Part shown: positions 35,535 to 45,463 of the stretch, one piece after another
Layout: every line of letters begins with the position of its first letter
Position numbering within the stretch: the first letter of the stretch is position 1
IMG/VR virus record: IMGVR_UViG_3300042355_000871
Span: 1 to 57,828 of that record
From: a virus
Lineage: Duplodnaviria; Caudoviricetes
Direction: 5' to 3' (one strand)
DNA length: 57,828 nucleotides
Translations under genes and position numbers: made by a program
The notes under the pieces: generated by a model
Told to the model about the DNA's origin: nothing
Databases searched by the model: none
Seen by the model: only the letters and a program-made list of their open reading frames with translations

Positions 35535-38035
35535 TGAATGCCGACTGGCCGTCCCTCTGAGTTGAACTTGATGGTCTTGGGTCTGGACATGCTCTCAGCC
35601 AGCGCCTGCTGAGCCTGCGCGACCGTCTCAAGCCCTTGGCTCAGGCTTGCGAGGACAGCGTTCATCGCCTCATCGCGCTTCGATGACTTGGCCTCGCCCT
35701 CAGCCCTGTATGAAGTCTCGCGGCCCTCGCGCTCGTATTCCTTGGCTTCGAACTGCGCCTGCTGCTCTTGCTTCTCGCGCTTGGCCTCGTCAGCCTGCTC
35801 AGCCATCGAGATGATCTTCAGGCGCTCAGTGTCCATCGCAATGCGCGCCATCATCAGGTCGATCTGGCGCATCATCGCGTCATGCTCGGCCTTGCGTGCG
35901 GCCTCGGCGTTCTTGCGGTCCTCGTCCTGCATCTTCAACGTGCGGTCTTCCATCGCCTGCTGGCGCTTGATCATCTCGTCCTGGCGCTTGCGGTCAGCTT
36001 CCTGCATCTGACGCATGGCGTCCTGCTCAGCCTTCATGCCCTCGGCTTCCAGAGCCTTCGCAGCCTGCGCCATCTTGGCGTCACGCTCGGCCTTGCGGTC
36101 CTCAAGCTCCATCGCCTTGGCCTGCATGCCCTGCTCGATCGCCTTGGCCTCCATCTCGGCCTTCTGCGCTTCAGGGCTCGGCGGGCGAGGCTCGCTCGAC
36201 TTCTTGGTCATCATCTCCACGAAGTCGTCGATCGCCTGCTCCATCTGACGGCCCGCACGGAACGGGGCCAGCATGAACTTGAGCATCTCGCCTGCGAAGT
36301 CCGCAGCCTCGGGAGCCTGTGCAAGCAACGGGGCGAGCGCATTGGTCGTCTGGGCAAATGCCGCTGAGAACTCGTTGCGCGCCTGCTTCTCGGCGTTCTC
36401 GTCCGGCTGGATGGTCGAGTCCGTCGCAATCATCAGGGTGAACGGGCGGATCTTCTGGTTCCGCAGGAGGCCGACCACCTTCTCGATCGTGACAACCTCA
36501 GCGACTTCCTTCTTGTGCTTCTCGATAAGCTGCTGCTTGGCCTGCTCGATCTGCTGGGGATCAGGCGGGGGCTGGCCTTGGGCAACCGCTTGCTGCGCCT
36601 GGCTGATCGCCTGCTGTATCTCCTGCTGCATCGCCTGCTGGTGCTGCGCGAGCACGTCAGCCTGCTTGGGCAGATCCTCGATCTGGCTCATCTCCATGAG
36701 CGTCTGAGGCGCGAAAACCTCAGCCATGATCTCGCCAGCGATGTTCAGCGCGCCATCCGCAATGCGGACCATCTCGCCCTGACGGTCACGGATGCGGATC
36801 GAGCCGTATTGGCTCTTGAGCTGCTGCGCTCCCAGCGTCTCCGCAGCATCGGTCGTGCCGCGCATGATGTCGGAGATGCCGCTGATCTGGTAGACGTCAT
36901 CGATCAACTGCCGGCGCAGCCCGACCAGTTCCTTGACCGTCTGGGCGACTTCCTGAACCGGAAGCCAGACAATGGCGTCCCTCAGAGCAGCGGGACCGCC
37001 CATCTGCGACATGCCCGGCAGCGGGACCATGACGCGGCGGTTCTCGCCCGTGTTCAGTTGCCTGATCGCAAGCTCGACGGCTGCACCGATATCCTCAGCG
37101 CCCGATGCATAGAAGCCCACCAGACGGAGGCTCTCGGACAGCGCACTGATGCGGGCCGTGAGTTCGTTGATCTCTTCGAGCTGATCCCGGTAGAAGCTCG
37201 CGTCCGGCACAGGCACGAGGCTGTCAGGCTCAAGCGTCCCGTAGCTTGGCCGCGGGCATGGCCAGAAGCCCTCGATGCTCAGGTGCGGCGGGGCAATGTC
37301 CAGCACTTCAGGCGCATGGGGATGAACCCAGACCACCAGGTTCTTCGCCTTGTGCCATAGCTCCCAGACACGCGCCTTCTTCTCGATCTTGTACTCGTCG
37401 GCGGTGTCCTCGCTATCGACATAGGCAATGTTCTGCCATGCCTCTCCGAAGCGCTCCTCGCCCTTGGCCTTGGTCAGCCACGTCCCGCGCGCTACCCAGC
37501 CATTCTCCGACCAGATGCGTGACGGCTCATGCAGGAAGTCCCTGCGATGCACCCACTCGTATCGGACGCATTCCTTGATCCCATCGCCCTTGGGATAGGT
37601 CTCATACCGGAGCCACATCTGGCCGCGGCCCGTGAGCGCCAGGTCATCACGGACACGCTTCAGGGTGTCATGCACCTGCTCGCCATCAAATGACGCGATC
37701 AGGGCGCGTTCCAGCATCTCGCCGGTCTTGCGGGCAACAGCGCGATTGCTGTCCTTGAACCTCTGCACCACCACAGGCTGAGGCGCTCTGGCATAGATCG
37801 AAGGCTTCAGGACTTCGAGGTTCGCATAAAGCATCTGAAACTCACGGTCGCCGCCTGACTTGAGGCGGGCGCCGCTCGCGTAGTCCTTGGCGATGTTGTC
37901 ACAGGTCTTGTGCCACTCGTCGAAGACCTTCTCGGCCCCCGCGATCATGTCCTGCCACGGCTTGGCATCGCGGGACTGCTCTGCGTCTTCGGGAGCGTCC
38001 TCCGGTGCTGCTGGGGCGTTGTCGTCTACCATCAC
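35531..38035 (-). CDS. Portal protein (P22-like, long C-terminal barrel)
   Basis: Follows the terminase; LKPSIYARAPQP, FWPCPRP, YQISGISDIMRG, ETLGAQQLK; coiled-coil tail. Confidence 0.88.
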   Translation of the reverse strand: MMVDDNAPAAPEDAPEDAEQSRDAKPWQDMIAGAEKVFDEWHKTCDNIAKDYASGARLKSGGDREFQMLYANLEVLKPSIYARAPQPVVVQRFKDSNRAVARKTGEMLERALIASFDGEQVHDTLKRVRDDLALTGRGQMWLRYETYPKGDGIKECVRYEWVHRRDFLHEPSRIWSENGWVARGTWLTKAKGEERFGEAWQNIAYVDSEDTADEYKIEKKARVWELWHKAKNLVVWVHPHAPEVLDIAPPHLSIEGFWPCPRPSYGTLEPDSLVPVPDASFYRDQLEEINELTARISALSESLRLVGFYASGAEDIGAAVELAIRQLNTGENRRVMVPLPGMSQMGGPAALRDAIVWLPVQEVAQTVKELVGLRRQLIDDVYQISGISDIMRGTTDAAETLGAQQLKSQYGSIRIRDRQGEMVRIADGALNIAGEIMAEVFAPQTLMEMSQIEDLPKQADVLAQHQQAMQQEIQQAISQAQQAVAQGQPPPDPQQIEQAKQQLIEKHKKEVAEVVTIEKVVGLLRNQKIRPFTLMIATDSTIQPDENAEKQARNEFSAAFAQTTNALAPLLAQAPEAADFAGEMLKFMLAPFRAGRQMEQAIDDFVEMMTKKSSEPRPPSPEAQKAEMEAKAIEQGMQAKAMELEDRKAERDAKMAQAAKALEAEGMKAEQDAMRQMQEADRKRQDEMIKRQQAMEDRTLKMQDEDRKNAEAARKAEHDAMMRQIDLMMARIAMDTERLKIISMAEQADEAKREKQEQQAQFEAKEYEREGRETSYRAEGEAKSSKRDEAMNAVLASLSQGLETVAQAQQALAESMSRPKTIKFNSEGRPVGIQ

Positions 38036-39519
38036 CAGTTCTTCCGTTTGTTGCTCACTGGCGTCGGCGCACCGGGCAGGTAAATCTGGCCAACCTTGGC
38101 CGTGGGCTTGGGCTTCTCAGGCTCGATCGCCTTGCCGGCCTGCATCCTGTCGAGGAGCTGACCTACGAGGCCCAGAGCATCGACAGCATCGTCATGGACC
38201 CCGACCGGGAAGCTCAGCATCTCCGAGACGAGGTCTGCCCTCCACGGTGCATCAGCACGCATGTAGAGGCCCAGCATGGCCATGCGGCCCCGTATGGACT
38301 GAGCCCTCACAGCCTTGTCGCCCCGTGTGGGGAAGCTCTCGCGATGGACGTAGGCCTTGCGCTCAAGCATCCGCTTCAGCAGGAACGGGCCGACACCGGA
38401 CTTGATCTGACCGCCCTCTTCAGCCCAGCCGAGGGGCTTCCACTTGAGGACCAGGTCACAGAAGGCATCGACCCAGACATCGGACGAGGATTGCCCGCGC
38501 CAGAGGTCGAGCAGGTACATGCGGTTCTCAGGGTCAATCCCGACAACGGCGTGGACCGTGTAGTCGCCCCCGTTAGCCGTGACCGCGTAGTCAGATCCGC
38601 CGTAGACCTTGAGCGTTGCCCGGTCGGGCAGGACGTTGACCGTCTTGAGCCATTCGGCTTTGAAGTAGTCTCCCTCTTCGGGGACGGGACGCTGTTGGTA
38701 GAGCGCTGACCAGTCGCGTGGGCCGACCGCCAGCTTTATCCGCTCCAGCGCGTTGATGTCGTACTGCTCAGGCCACAGCGCATTGCCATCGTCCGAGATG
38801 GCCGGGAGGTTTACCACCCTCCAGTTCTCGTGGGCGTGGTCCTTGAGCAACCAGCCCGAAAGGTCGTCCTCATGCCAGCGGGTCTGGATGATCACGATTT
38901 TGCCGCCAGGCATCAGGCGGGTGTAGGCCGTGGACGTGTACCAGTCCTTGATCTTCTTGCGGATGGTCTCGCTGTCCGCGTCCTCGCGGTTCTTGATCGG
39001 GTCATCGATCAGCAGCAGGTGAGCGCCGCGGCCCGTCAGTGGACCGCCAACACCTACCGCAAAGTATGCCCCGTTCTGGCCCGTGGTGAATGAATCATCC
39101 GGGTTGCCCTGAACGTGGAAGCGCTTGACCGCCGTTGAGTCCGCCTTGATCGAGACGCCTGGGAAGACCTGGGCAAAGGCCGGGTCTGCAATCTGGTTCC
39201 TGACCTTCCGCCCGAAATCGTCTGCCAGTTCCTGCGTGTGGCTGGCCGCGATGACGTAGTGGTCAGGGTTCCTGCCCAGATACCATGCCGGGAAGTTCTC
39301 GGATGCCGTGTGGCTCTTTCCATGACGCGGCGGGAGGAACAGCATCAGCCGATCGCTATCGCCCCGCTCCAGCGCTTCCAGTTCCCTGGCAATCAGCCTG
39401 ATGTGGTCGGGGTAGCGATAGCCGGCCCACTGGTAGGCCGAGTAAGCCGTCAGCCGTGAGAAGGCGAAGTCCTCGGGGCTAGGAGTTTGCGAGGTACGCT
39501 GCTGCGACCGCTGCATCAC
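38032..39519 (-). CDS. terL: Terminase large subunit
   Basis: LPPRHGKS Walker A, TGRGAHLLLIDDP Walker B, QTRWHEDD, nuclease SD...GDY, FP.G.HDD.VDA. Confidence 0.95.
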   Translation of the reverse strand: MMQRSQQRTSQTPSPEDFAFSRLTAYSAYQWAGYRYPDHIRLIARELEALERGDSDRLMLFLPPRHGKSHTASENFPAWYLGRNPDHYVIAASHTQELADDFGRKVRNQIADPAFAQVFPGVSIKADSTAVKRFHVQGNPDDSFTTGQNGAYFAVGVGGPLTGRGAHLLLIDDPIKNREDADSETIRKKIKDWYTSTAYTRLMPGGKIVIIQTRWHEDDLSGWLLKDHAHENWRVVNLPAISDDGNALWPEQYDINALERIKLAVGPRDWSALYQQRPVPEEGDYFKAEWLKTVNVLPDRATLKVYGGSDYAVTANGGDYTVHAVVGIDPENRMYLLDLWRGQSSSDVWVDAFCDLVLKWKPLGWAEEGGQIKSGVGPFLLKRMLERKAYVHRESFPTRGDKAVRAQSIRGRMAMLGLYMRADAPWRADLVSEMLSFPVGVHDDAVDALGLVGQLLDRMQAGKAIEPEKPKPTAKVGQIYLPGAPTPVSNKRKNW

Positions 39520-39799
39520 GCTGACCCTTGCTCACGAACGGCATGTCGGGGTCTTCCCCAACTGGCTGGGTTGCCTTTCCATAGGCGCGGTCGAGGATTT
39601 CCTTGGCCGCTGCGATCTGGGCCTGCTCGCTCTCGGCGCTCTTCATCAGCACGGCGAGAACCTTCAGGGCTTCGGGGCCGTGCTTGCGTGCAGCAGCCTT
39701 GATCTCAGCCGTCGCCTTGTTGAGTGAACCCGGTGGCCTGCCCCTTCCGGCACTGCCTTTATTCTTGCCTATTTTATTTGTTCCGGCTCCATCGCCCAT
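39479..39799 (-). CDS. terS: Terminase small subunit
   Basis: GRPPGSLNK...AAAKEILDRAYGKA; directly upstream of terL. Confidence 0.75.
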   Translation of the reverse strand: MGDGAGTNKIGKNKGSAGRGRPPGSLNKATAEIKAAARKHGPEALKVLAVLMKSAESEQAQIAAAKEILDRAYGKATQPVGEDPDMPFVSKGQRDAAVAAAYLANS

Positions 39800-39837
39800 T
39801 GTGTTCGTCCTTAGCGGTCTGAGCGCCTGTGGATAAT

Positions 39838-40035
39838 TTAGGCTACGTAGTCTGTGCCGTCCGTGTTGATCAGGACGGCTGGCAGTCCACCGGACACGAC
39901 CAGCGTGATGGCCTGGCCTAGAGTGGCGTTGGGGGTCATGACGGGGGCAGCAGCAGCTACAGAGCTTTGAAGCTGGGTGACTGGACGCCCGCCACTAGCG
40001 AGGATGACGACGGGAATGCCGGGATTGCTTGCCAT
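39838..40035 (-). CDS. Small hypothetical protein with PVxxxxxGG repeats
   Basis: GIPVVILASGGRPV...AITLVVSGGLPAVL. Confidence 0.55.
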   Translation of the reverse strand: MASNPGIPVVILASGGRPVTQLQSSVAAAAPVMTPNATLGQAITLVVSGGLPAVLINTDGTDYVA

Positions 40036-40293
40036 GTCAGCTATCCAGCCAGTGGATGAGTTTCGAACAGAGTTCGATGAATGCGGCGAGCATGAGCTGC
40101 CTCATGGGGTGCGGGAGCGTCAGCCAAACTGACCGCCTCCCCTTTAGAACTTGTCGGCTATTCCAACTCTCGCAGCATCCGCTTGAGCCTTGCGCCTCGG
40201 ATTGCCGCGATGAAGGATGCCCGAAGGAACAGCAGCGCCAGGATTCCGCAGGCTGCTGTCAGGGCTATGATGGTCTGGTCGTCGGTCACGCCG

Positions 40294-40506
40294 TCAATCA
40301 TCGTCTTCGTCAGGCTTGTAATCGCCGCACCAACTGGTGCGCAGCGTCACGGGCCAAATTGCAAGATTATCATCTGATGTTTCGTCATTTGGACGAGGGG
40401 CATAACGGCAGCAATCACCACCCTCTTCCTCATACCCGTCTATGGAACCTGGGTTGCGCCAGTAAAAACACGTCCCGCAACGTTTTCCGCGCTGAGGTAA
40501 GGCCAT
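40294..40506 (-). CDS. Small Cys-rich hypothetical protein
   Basis: CGTCFYW...GDCCRYAP...WP......WCGDY. Confidence 0.6.
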   Translation of the reverse strand: MALPQRGKRCGTCFYWRNPGSIDGYEEEGGDCCRYAPRPNDETSDDNLAIWPVTLRTSWCGDYKPDEDDD

Positions 40507-40839
40507 CTAGGCAGGCTCTGCGTTTGCTGGCGGCTCTGCCGGCGCGGGCTTCACGGGCTGTTTCAGCTCGCCCATTGATCGCTTGAACTCGACCCAGTCA
40601 GCGCCGGGAAGCGTCGGGATTGGCGGAAGCGGCCCGACAGGGGCCACGGGTACGTCATAGACCTTCGCCAGAGCCTCGTAGCGCGCGATCTGGCGCTGTA
40701 GGGCCTTCATGGTGTCCGCTACCTGAGCACGGGCATAGGCGACCCTCTTGCGGCGCGTGATGCGCCAGGCTCTCAGGAACGGATTGGCGCGGGGTTGCCG
40801 CCCCCGGTTGGGGTTCTTGAAACTCAGGCGCTTGATCAT
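40507..40839 (-). CDS. Hypothetical basic protein
   Basis: Packed ORF at the start of the late operon. Confidence 0.5.
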   Translation of the reverse strand: MIKRLSFKNPNRGRQPRANPFLRAWRITRRKRVAYARAQVADTMKALQRQIARYEALAKVYDVPVAPVGPLPPIPTLPGADWVEFKRSMGELKQPVKPAPAEPPANAEPA

Positions 40840-40843
40840 GGGC

Positions 40844-41440
40844 CTACCGCTTCAGTGTCGCTTTGCGCGGTGCAGCGCGGGGCGGCGGGGTTGTGGATGG
40901 CGGCGGGCTGGACGATGCAGCCGCAACCTTGAGCCGGGGCGCGACGGGTTCGGTGCGCTTGGGCGGGCTGGTTATGTCGCTCCACGCCTCCGCGATCGGG
41001 CGCTTGGTCTGGAGGTTCAACGTCGGGGCTCTGTTGACCTCGACGTTAATGGAACGGATGCCCTCTTTATCCCCAACGATCCGGTGTCCGATCCATAGGC
41101 GTATCGAGGCGATGTTGCCGCTGATCACGCACTTGGCGTCGGGCCAAGTTGGGGTGACTTCCACTCTCAGGCCGGGGTAAATCTCTGCGTATTCACGGGC
41201 AACAGCGTGCCGGGCCAGTTCTTCAAGGTGCGCTTCAGCCTCTTCGGCGCCCATCTTGGAAACGTCCACGCCTTTGACGGCCTGGATTGCTGCCTGCCTC
41301 AAGCGTTCGTCCGTGAAATCGTTGGAGCGGACGACACCGACGGGCTCGACGCGGTTCTTTGAGAAGAAATAGGCCCCTGCCGCGATAGCCGCAGTCAGGG
41401 CCAGCAAGATCCACGCAAAGTCTGCGAAGGATAGGGACAT
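40844..41440 (-). CDS. N-terminally membrane-anchored hypothetical protein
   Basis: FAWILLALTAAIAAGAYFF; first gene after the late leader. Confidence 0.6.
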   Translation of the reverse strand: MSLSFADFAWILLALTAAIAAGAYFFSKNRVEPVGVVRSNDFTDERLRQAAIQAVKGVDVSKMGAEEAEAHLEELARHAVAREYAEIYPGLRVEVTPTWPDAKCVISGNIASIRLWIGHRIVGDKEGIRSINVEVNRAPTLNLQTKRPIAEAWSDITSPPKRTEPVAPRLKVAAASSSPPPSTTPPPRAAPRKATLKR

Positions 41441-41608
41441 GGGAGAAGCCCCCTTCTCCGATTTTGGGCAATATTTCGGGAACGCGAATTAACGGGGCGA
41501 CCTGATCGGCCTTCCGCAATTCGGGTGGTTGGCGGGCGAGCGCCATTCATACCAACTGCCCCGCTGCATTTGTGTCTGCTTCGCGGCGAAAACACAACCC
41601 CTAGTCGA

Positions 41609-42316
41609 TTACGCGGCTTTCACCACGTCACCGATCGCCATCGTCGTCGGAGACGAGCGCCCGAACAGGGTCAACAGCACCTGAACGTCCAGATTGGTGC
41701 TGCCGATAACCTCGCCCTTGTGGCCGGCGAACGGGCCTTCCTCGATGCGGACAACGTCGCCCACGTCATAGGCCGGGTGCATCCGCATGTACTTTGCGGC
41801 GCCTACCCGCACCGCTTCCAGATCGGCAAGGAGCGTCTGGACGCCGCCCCGCTTGACCTTGCCGTCCTGCTCGTAGCTTGCCGCCCACGGTATCTGACGC
41901 GGGACACCAGCGTGCTTGACGAAGCCATGAACCAACCCGAACCGGGTCAGCTCGTGAAACTGGATCGGCGCCGTGCCGGGAAATCCGACCATGACCAGCC
42001 CGTGGCAAATTGGTGAGCGCCAGCGGAATACCTTGCCGCGCCGAACCTTGTGCTTTGCCACGGTCGGGATTGCAGCAGGGACGCTGCACAGGTCTAGAAC
42101 CTGGATGACCCGCTCTTCCCTGTTCGACTCGACACAAAGGCCATACCACCGGAGGTTTTCCGGCTCGATGACAGCGCGCGTGACCAGCGTCTGGGGCCGG
42201 ATGACCTCTTCCTGCCCCGTGAGCCGGATCGCTGGGCCTGACGCCCTCGCCACGGCTTTGCGCTGGATGCGCCGGGCGCGCTTGGAATAGGCCCGCTCGA
42301 TGTGTTCGCGTGTCAT
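41609..42316 (-). CDS. NusG-family transcription antitermination factor
   Basis: NGN start RWYGLCVESNREE; KOW VGDVVRIEEGPFAGHKG...V.VLLTLFGR. Occupies the late-antiterminator position. Confidence 0.9.
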   Translation of the reverse strand: MTREHIERAYSKRARRIQRKAVARASGPAIRLTGQEEVIRPQTLVTRAVIEPENLRWYGLCVESNREERVIQVLDLCSVPAAIPTVAKHKVRRGKVFRWRSPICHGLVMVGFPGTAPIQFHELTRFGLVHGFVKHAGVPRQIPWAASYEQDGKVKRGGVQTLLADLEAVRVGAAKYMRMHPAYDVGDVVRIEEGPFAGHKGEVIGSTNLDVQVLLTLFGRSSPTTMAIGDVVKAA

Positions 42317-42462
42317 CGTCTGCGCCTTTCATGTCCGATTGATCCAAGTGCGAGTAGCCCCAACGCCAGCAGGCCGAAGCCTGCGAGCATCACGTTGGAT
42401 GGCTGAGGCATGGCGGTAAACGTCGCCGCTAGGCCGAGGATTGTGAGTGCTGCTATCCTCAT
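42313..42462 (-). CDS. Small two-TM protein
   Basis: MRIAALTILGLAATF...VMLAGFGLLALGLLALG. Confidence 0.45.
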   Translation of the reverse strand: MRIAALTILGLAATFTAMPQPSNVMLAGFGLLALGLLALGSIGHERRRR

Positions 42463-42663
42463 GAGTTTCTGCTCCCGTGCTTGATGCCCCACCATGCAAG
42501 CCAGCCGATCAGCGGAAGCGCGACGACGACCCCCACGATCAGGGCGAGTTGTTCGGCGCTCATTGCTTGCGCCCCCATCCGAATACGAAGCTGAGCGCCG
42601 GGAGCGCGAGGCATATGCCCAGCAGCACGAGGCAGACGTAAAAGCCCTGCGAGATCCAATCCA

Positions 42664-43446
42664 TCAGGCGTCCTCCGTCTCGCGCTTGAAGATGCCCCAC
42701 GGGTTGAACTTCTGGCGGTCATGCACGGCCTTGGGGTCGTACCAGTCGTGAGCCTTGGCGAGTGCGTCAGCTTCGGGGTTGGTCGGCGGCTGATCGACTA
42801 CAGGCGCGTATCCCTCGGTCTGGGGCTCGTTCCATTGCGGCTGGATGGGCTCGCAGGTTTCTTGATCCAGCTCGATGAACTCGGGCTCAGGCGGAACGTC
42901 AGCAGTCAGCTCTATGGCTGCGGCTCGTTCAAGCTCCTCAGCGAACTCGCTGGCGACGTCGGGCTCGTCCTCGGGAGTGGGCGCAGCCAAGCTGACGCGA
43001 TACGCGATGATGTCGTCGTCTCTGCGGTAGTTCGACCATTGCCATTGATCGAACAGAACGTAGGGATTGGCGAACGTCCCAGCGTGGAATTGCTCAAGCT
43101 TCCCAGAACGTGTCACGACACACACGAGCGCGGCAGGATCAACCGGACACTCCCCGCCCTCCCACTTCGTGAAGCCCTCCGGTATGTCCACCCCGGCCTG
43201 CATCTCGGGCTCTAGCTCCCAGCCTTCGTCGGTGTTGATGATGGGGGCGGCGTGGTCGGGCTCGTCGTTCGAGACGGTAATCAGCACCTCGCCGGGCTGA
43301 AGCGCGGCAATGGCAAGGTCGAGGTCGTCAAGCTCTTGCTCCACGCGGAGACGGTATTCTTCCCGCTCCTTGATTGCCTCGGCAACCTCATCGAGGACTT
43401 CTTCTTTCCGGTCTCTGCGCTCTTTCAGTTCATCGATTAGTGTCAT
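42664..43446 (-). CDS. Hypothetical acidic protein
   Basis: N-terminal coiled coil; W.GGECPV...DDIIAYRV module. Confidence 0.65.
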   Translation of the reverse strand: MTLIDELKERRDRKEEVLDEVAEAIKEREEYRLRVEQELDDLDLAIAALQPGEVLITVSNDEPDHAAPIINTDEGWELEPEMQAGVDIPEGFTKWEGGECPVDPAALVCVVTRSGKLEQFHAGTFANPYVLFDQWQWSNYRRDDDIIAYRVSLAAPTPEDEPDVASEFAEELERAAAIELTADVPPEPEFIELDQETCEPIQPQWNEPQTEGYAPVVDQPPTNPEADALAKAHDWYDPKAVHDRQKFNPWGIFKRETEDA

Positions 43447-43474
43447 GTGTGGTCCCTTTGATTGTGTGTGAACG

Positions 43475-43735
43475 CTACGCCCGCTTGCGCGGAAAGATCT
43501 GGTCCTGCGTCCATGCGTATGCCTTGGGCGCGGGCTGCTCTGGTGACTGGCGATCGGTGAGCGTCAGGAGCTTGCGAGCGCAGGACGGGCAGTAGGTTTT
43601 GCCCTCCGTCGGCTCTGAGCACTCGTAAGCGCTGCCGTGCCGGTAGCTGACCTTCTTGCAGAACTGGTTCGGCTCCCTCGGCTTGTTCGTCCAGCGTTCG
43701 ACGTTGCGGGGCTTGGGGTAATATACGGATGACAT
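43475..43735 (-). CDS. Small Zn-finger protein, possibly GcrA C-terminal-like
   Basis: QFC...YECSEPTEGKTYCPSC. Confidence 0.45.
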   Translation of the reverse strand: MSSVYYPKPRNVERWTNKPREPNQFCKKVSYRHGSAYECSEPTEGKTYCPSCARKLLTLTDRQSPEQPAPKAYAWTQDQIFPRKRA

Positions 43736-44301
43736 TACGCGGCCCCCTCACTCTCGCATGACCAGACTTCGCTCTGGCGCTGGATGTCTGCCGGCCAGCC
43801 CGTGCTGTCGGTGAAGCTGCGCTCGATGAACAGGACGCGGTTCGTGGGCTGTGCCGTGAAGCGTCCGTTGCGGAGCGCTAGGAACATGAACTCTTTCGAC
43901 TGCTCAGGCTCTGCGCTGAAGCCGTCGTTGAGCGGGCAGGCTGTGAACAGGTATTCGCCTAGATGCTCGGCAGGTCCGCACTTGGCGCGGGCTTCAAGGC
44001 CGCTCAGATAGGTGTAACGCACGAGCGAGAACTGGTCGCCGTAGCAGTCCCAATGCTGGCTTTCCTCTAACAGCCAGTCCTCAGCGTCAACGTGTTGAGC
44101 CAGCGCATGAAGCGGCACGTCACGGACTACGGCGCCGCACTCCAGCATGACGTGAGCGCCCCATGCGCGTCCGGGATAAGCGCGAAGGCCGAACCAAACA
44201 GCGGGCTCTGTTCCGGTCTGCTCGCCAGTGCGGACAAAGCTGCGCTCTACGTGGCAGTAGATGTGCTGGGGGAGGCTTCCAGATCCGGTGCAGAGGGTCA
44301 T
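43735..44301 (-). CDS. Conserved phage hypothetical protein
   Basis: WDC...GEYLFT...L.NGRFTAQPTNR; ATGA-coupled start at 44301. Confidence 0.65.
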   Translation of the reverse strand: MTLCTGSGSLPQHIYCHVERSFVRTGEQTGTEPAVWFGLRAYPGRAWGAHVMLECGAVVRDVPLHALAQHVDAEDWLLEESQHWDCYGDQFSLVRYTYLSGLEARAKCGPAEHLGEYLFTACPLNDGFSAEPEQSKEFMFLALRNGRFTAQPTNRVLFIERSFTDSTGWPADIQRQSEVWSCESEGAA

Positions 44302-44777
44302 GCTGCCACCAGTTCGCCGTCGAGAGCGTGCCACGACATCAGATCGATCGACGCCACGACGACATCCGGCTTTGCGATCTGCATCGGAGGCGGCGGGGTC
44401 CAATCCGAGGACGCGCCCGCGGGCTTGGACACCATCTTGCCGACGCGCCTGCTGACCAGTTCACCGATCCGCGCCCGGCATTCGGTCAGGCGTGCAGCCA
44501 GCTTGGCGTCTTCCGGTTCTCGCAGAGACACCTTGCGATCCGCAAAGAGCACCGTGGTATGATCGCGGTCCCCGAAGTGACGGGCTATGACGGGATAGCT
44601 TGCGCCGGTGAGTTCCCGCGCCAGCTTCATGGCCTCCTGTCGCGGTCCCGAAAACATCCGCTTGCGGCACGCGCCTTCCAGCACGTCCACCGTCAGGCCG
44701 TTCATCTCTGCCACGACGGTTTTCACCTCGTGGATCTTCGCTTTGAATGTTGTTGTTCCCAGCCCAAACATGGTCAT
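44298..44777 (-). CDS. DnaA domain IV (C-terminal HTH)-like protein
   Basis: PRQEAMKLARELTGASYPVIARHFGDRDHTTVLFA.RKV. Confidence 0.88.
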   Translation of the reverse strand: MTMFGLGTTTFKAKIHEVKTVVAEMNGLTVDVLEGACRKRMFSGPRQEAMKLARELTGASYPVIARHFGDRDHTTVLFADRKVSLREPEDAKLAARLTECRARIGELVSRRVGKMVSKPAGASSDWTPPPPMQIAKPDVVVASIDLMSWHALDGELVAA

Positions 44778-45463
44778 GCCTCCCCTGCGGCGCGGGCGAA
44801 TGTGTTCGGCCCTTCGATCTCAAAAATCTCGCGGCGGACGCGCTCCTGTTCGATGCGCAGTCCCTCGATCTGTTCTTCGCGGTCGGCATCCATCAGGTGA
44901 CGAACCGCGAAGGTGAAATCGCCGCCCTCAAGCACGGCCAATTCGCGGTAAAGCTGCGACAGCCGCGTGTGCTTGCCCTTGTTCATGTCCCACTCCATCA
45001 AGCCGTTTCGGATCATTCGTCGCGTTTCCGTTGGGCCGCGGATCGCGTCCACCAGTTCGCCCGCTGCGGGCCACCAGTGATGTGCATCGCGCGGCTTCGG
45101 GACTTCCGCCCACGTTGAAATCGCCCGCTCCACGAGGTCTGCCGGGTACTTGCTCAGGGCCGCGACGTAGACCCGCAGCACGTTGTCCGTGCGCAGGTCC
45201 GCCATGCCGGATTGCTTCTTCGTGGCGATCCAAAGGACGCTCAGCCAGGCTTTGAGTAGGTCCGGGTCTGCGGGCTGGCATGCGAGGTCAAACGCCTCCC
45301 GCAGCGGCGCGAGCGCGCGTCGGTCCGGTATGTTCGATGATGTCGGGACGAGCCTGTCGTCCATCCAGATTAGCGAGTGCTCGATCAAGGATGTCCTCAG
45401 ACGGTCCTCGACCTCGATAGGCTTGGCCTCGTCCAGCAGGGCTGGAACGCTCGTGTCCGCCAT
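44774..45463 (-). CDS. Replication-region hypothetical protein
   Basis: Downstream of the initiator; Y..AL..YP.D.V......W...WWP...EL. Confidence 0.6.
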   Translation of the reverse strand: MADTSVPALLDEAKPIEVEDRLRTSLIEHSLIWMDDRLVPTSSNIPDRRALAPLREAFDLACQPADPDLLKAWLSVLWIATKKQSGMADLRTDNVLRVYVAALSKYPADLVERAISTWAEVPKPRDAHHWWPAAGELVDAIRGPTETRRMIRNGLMEWDMNKGKHTRLSQLYRELAVLEGGDFTFAVRHLMDADREEQIEGLRIEQERVRREIFEIEGPNTFARAAGEA

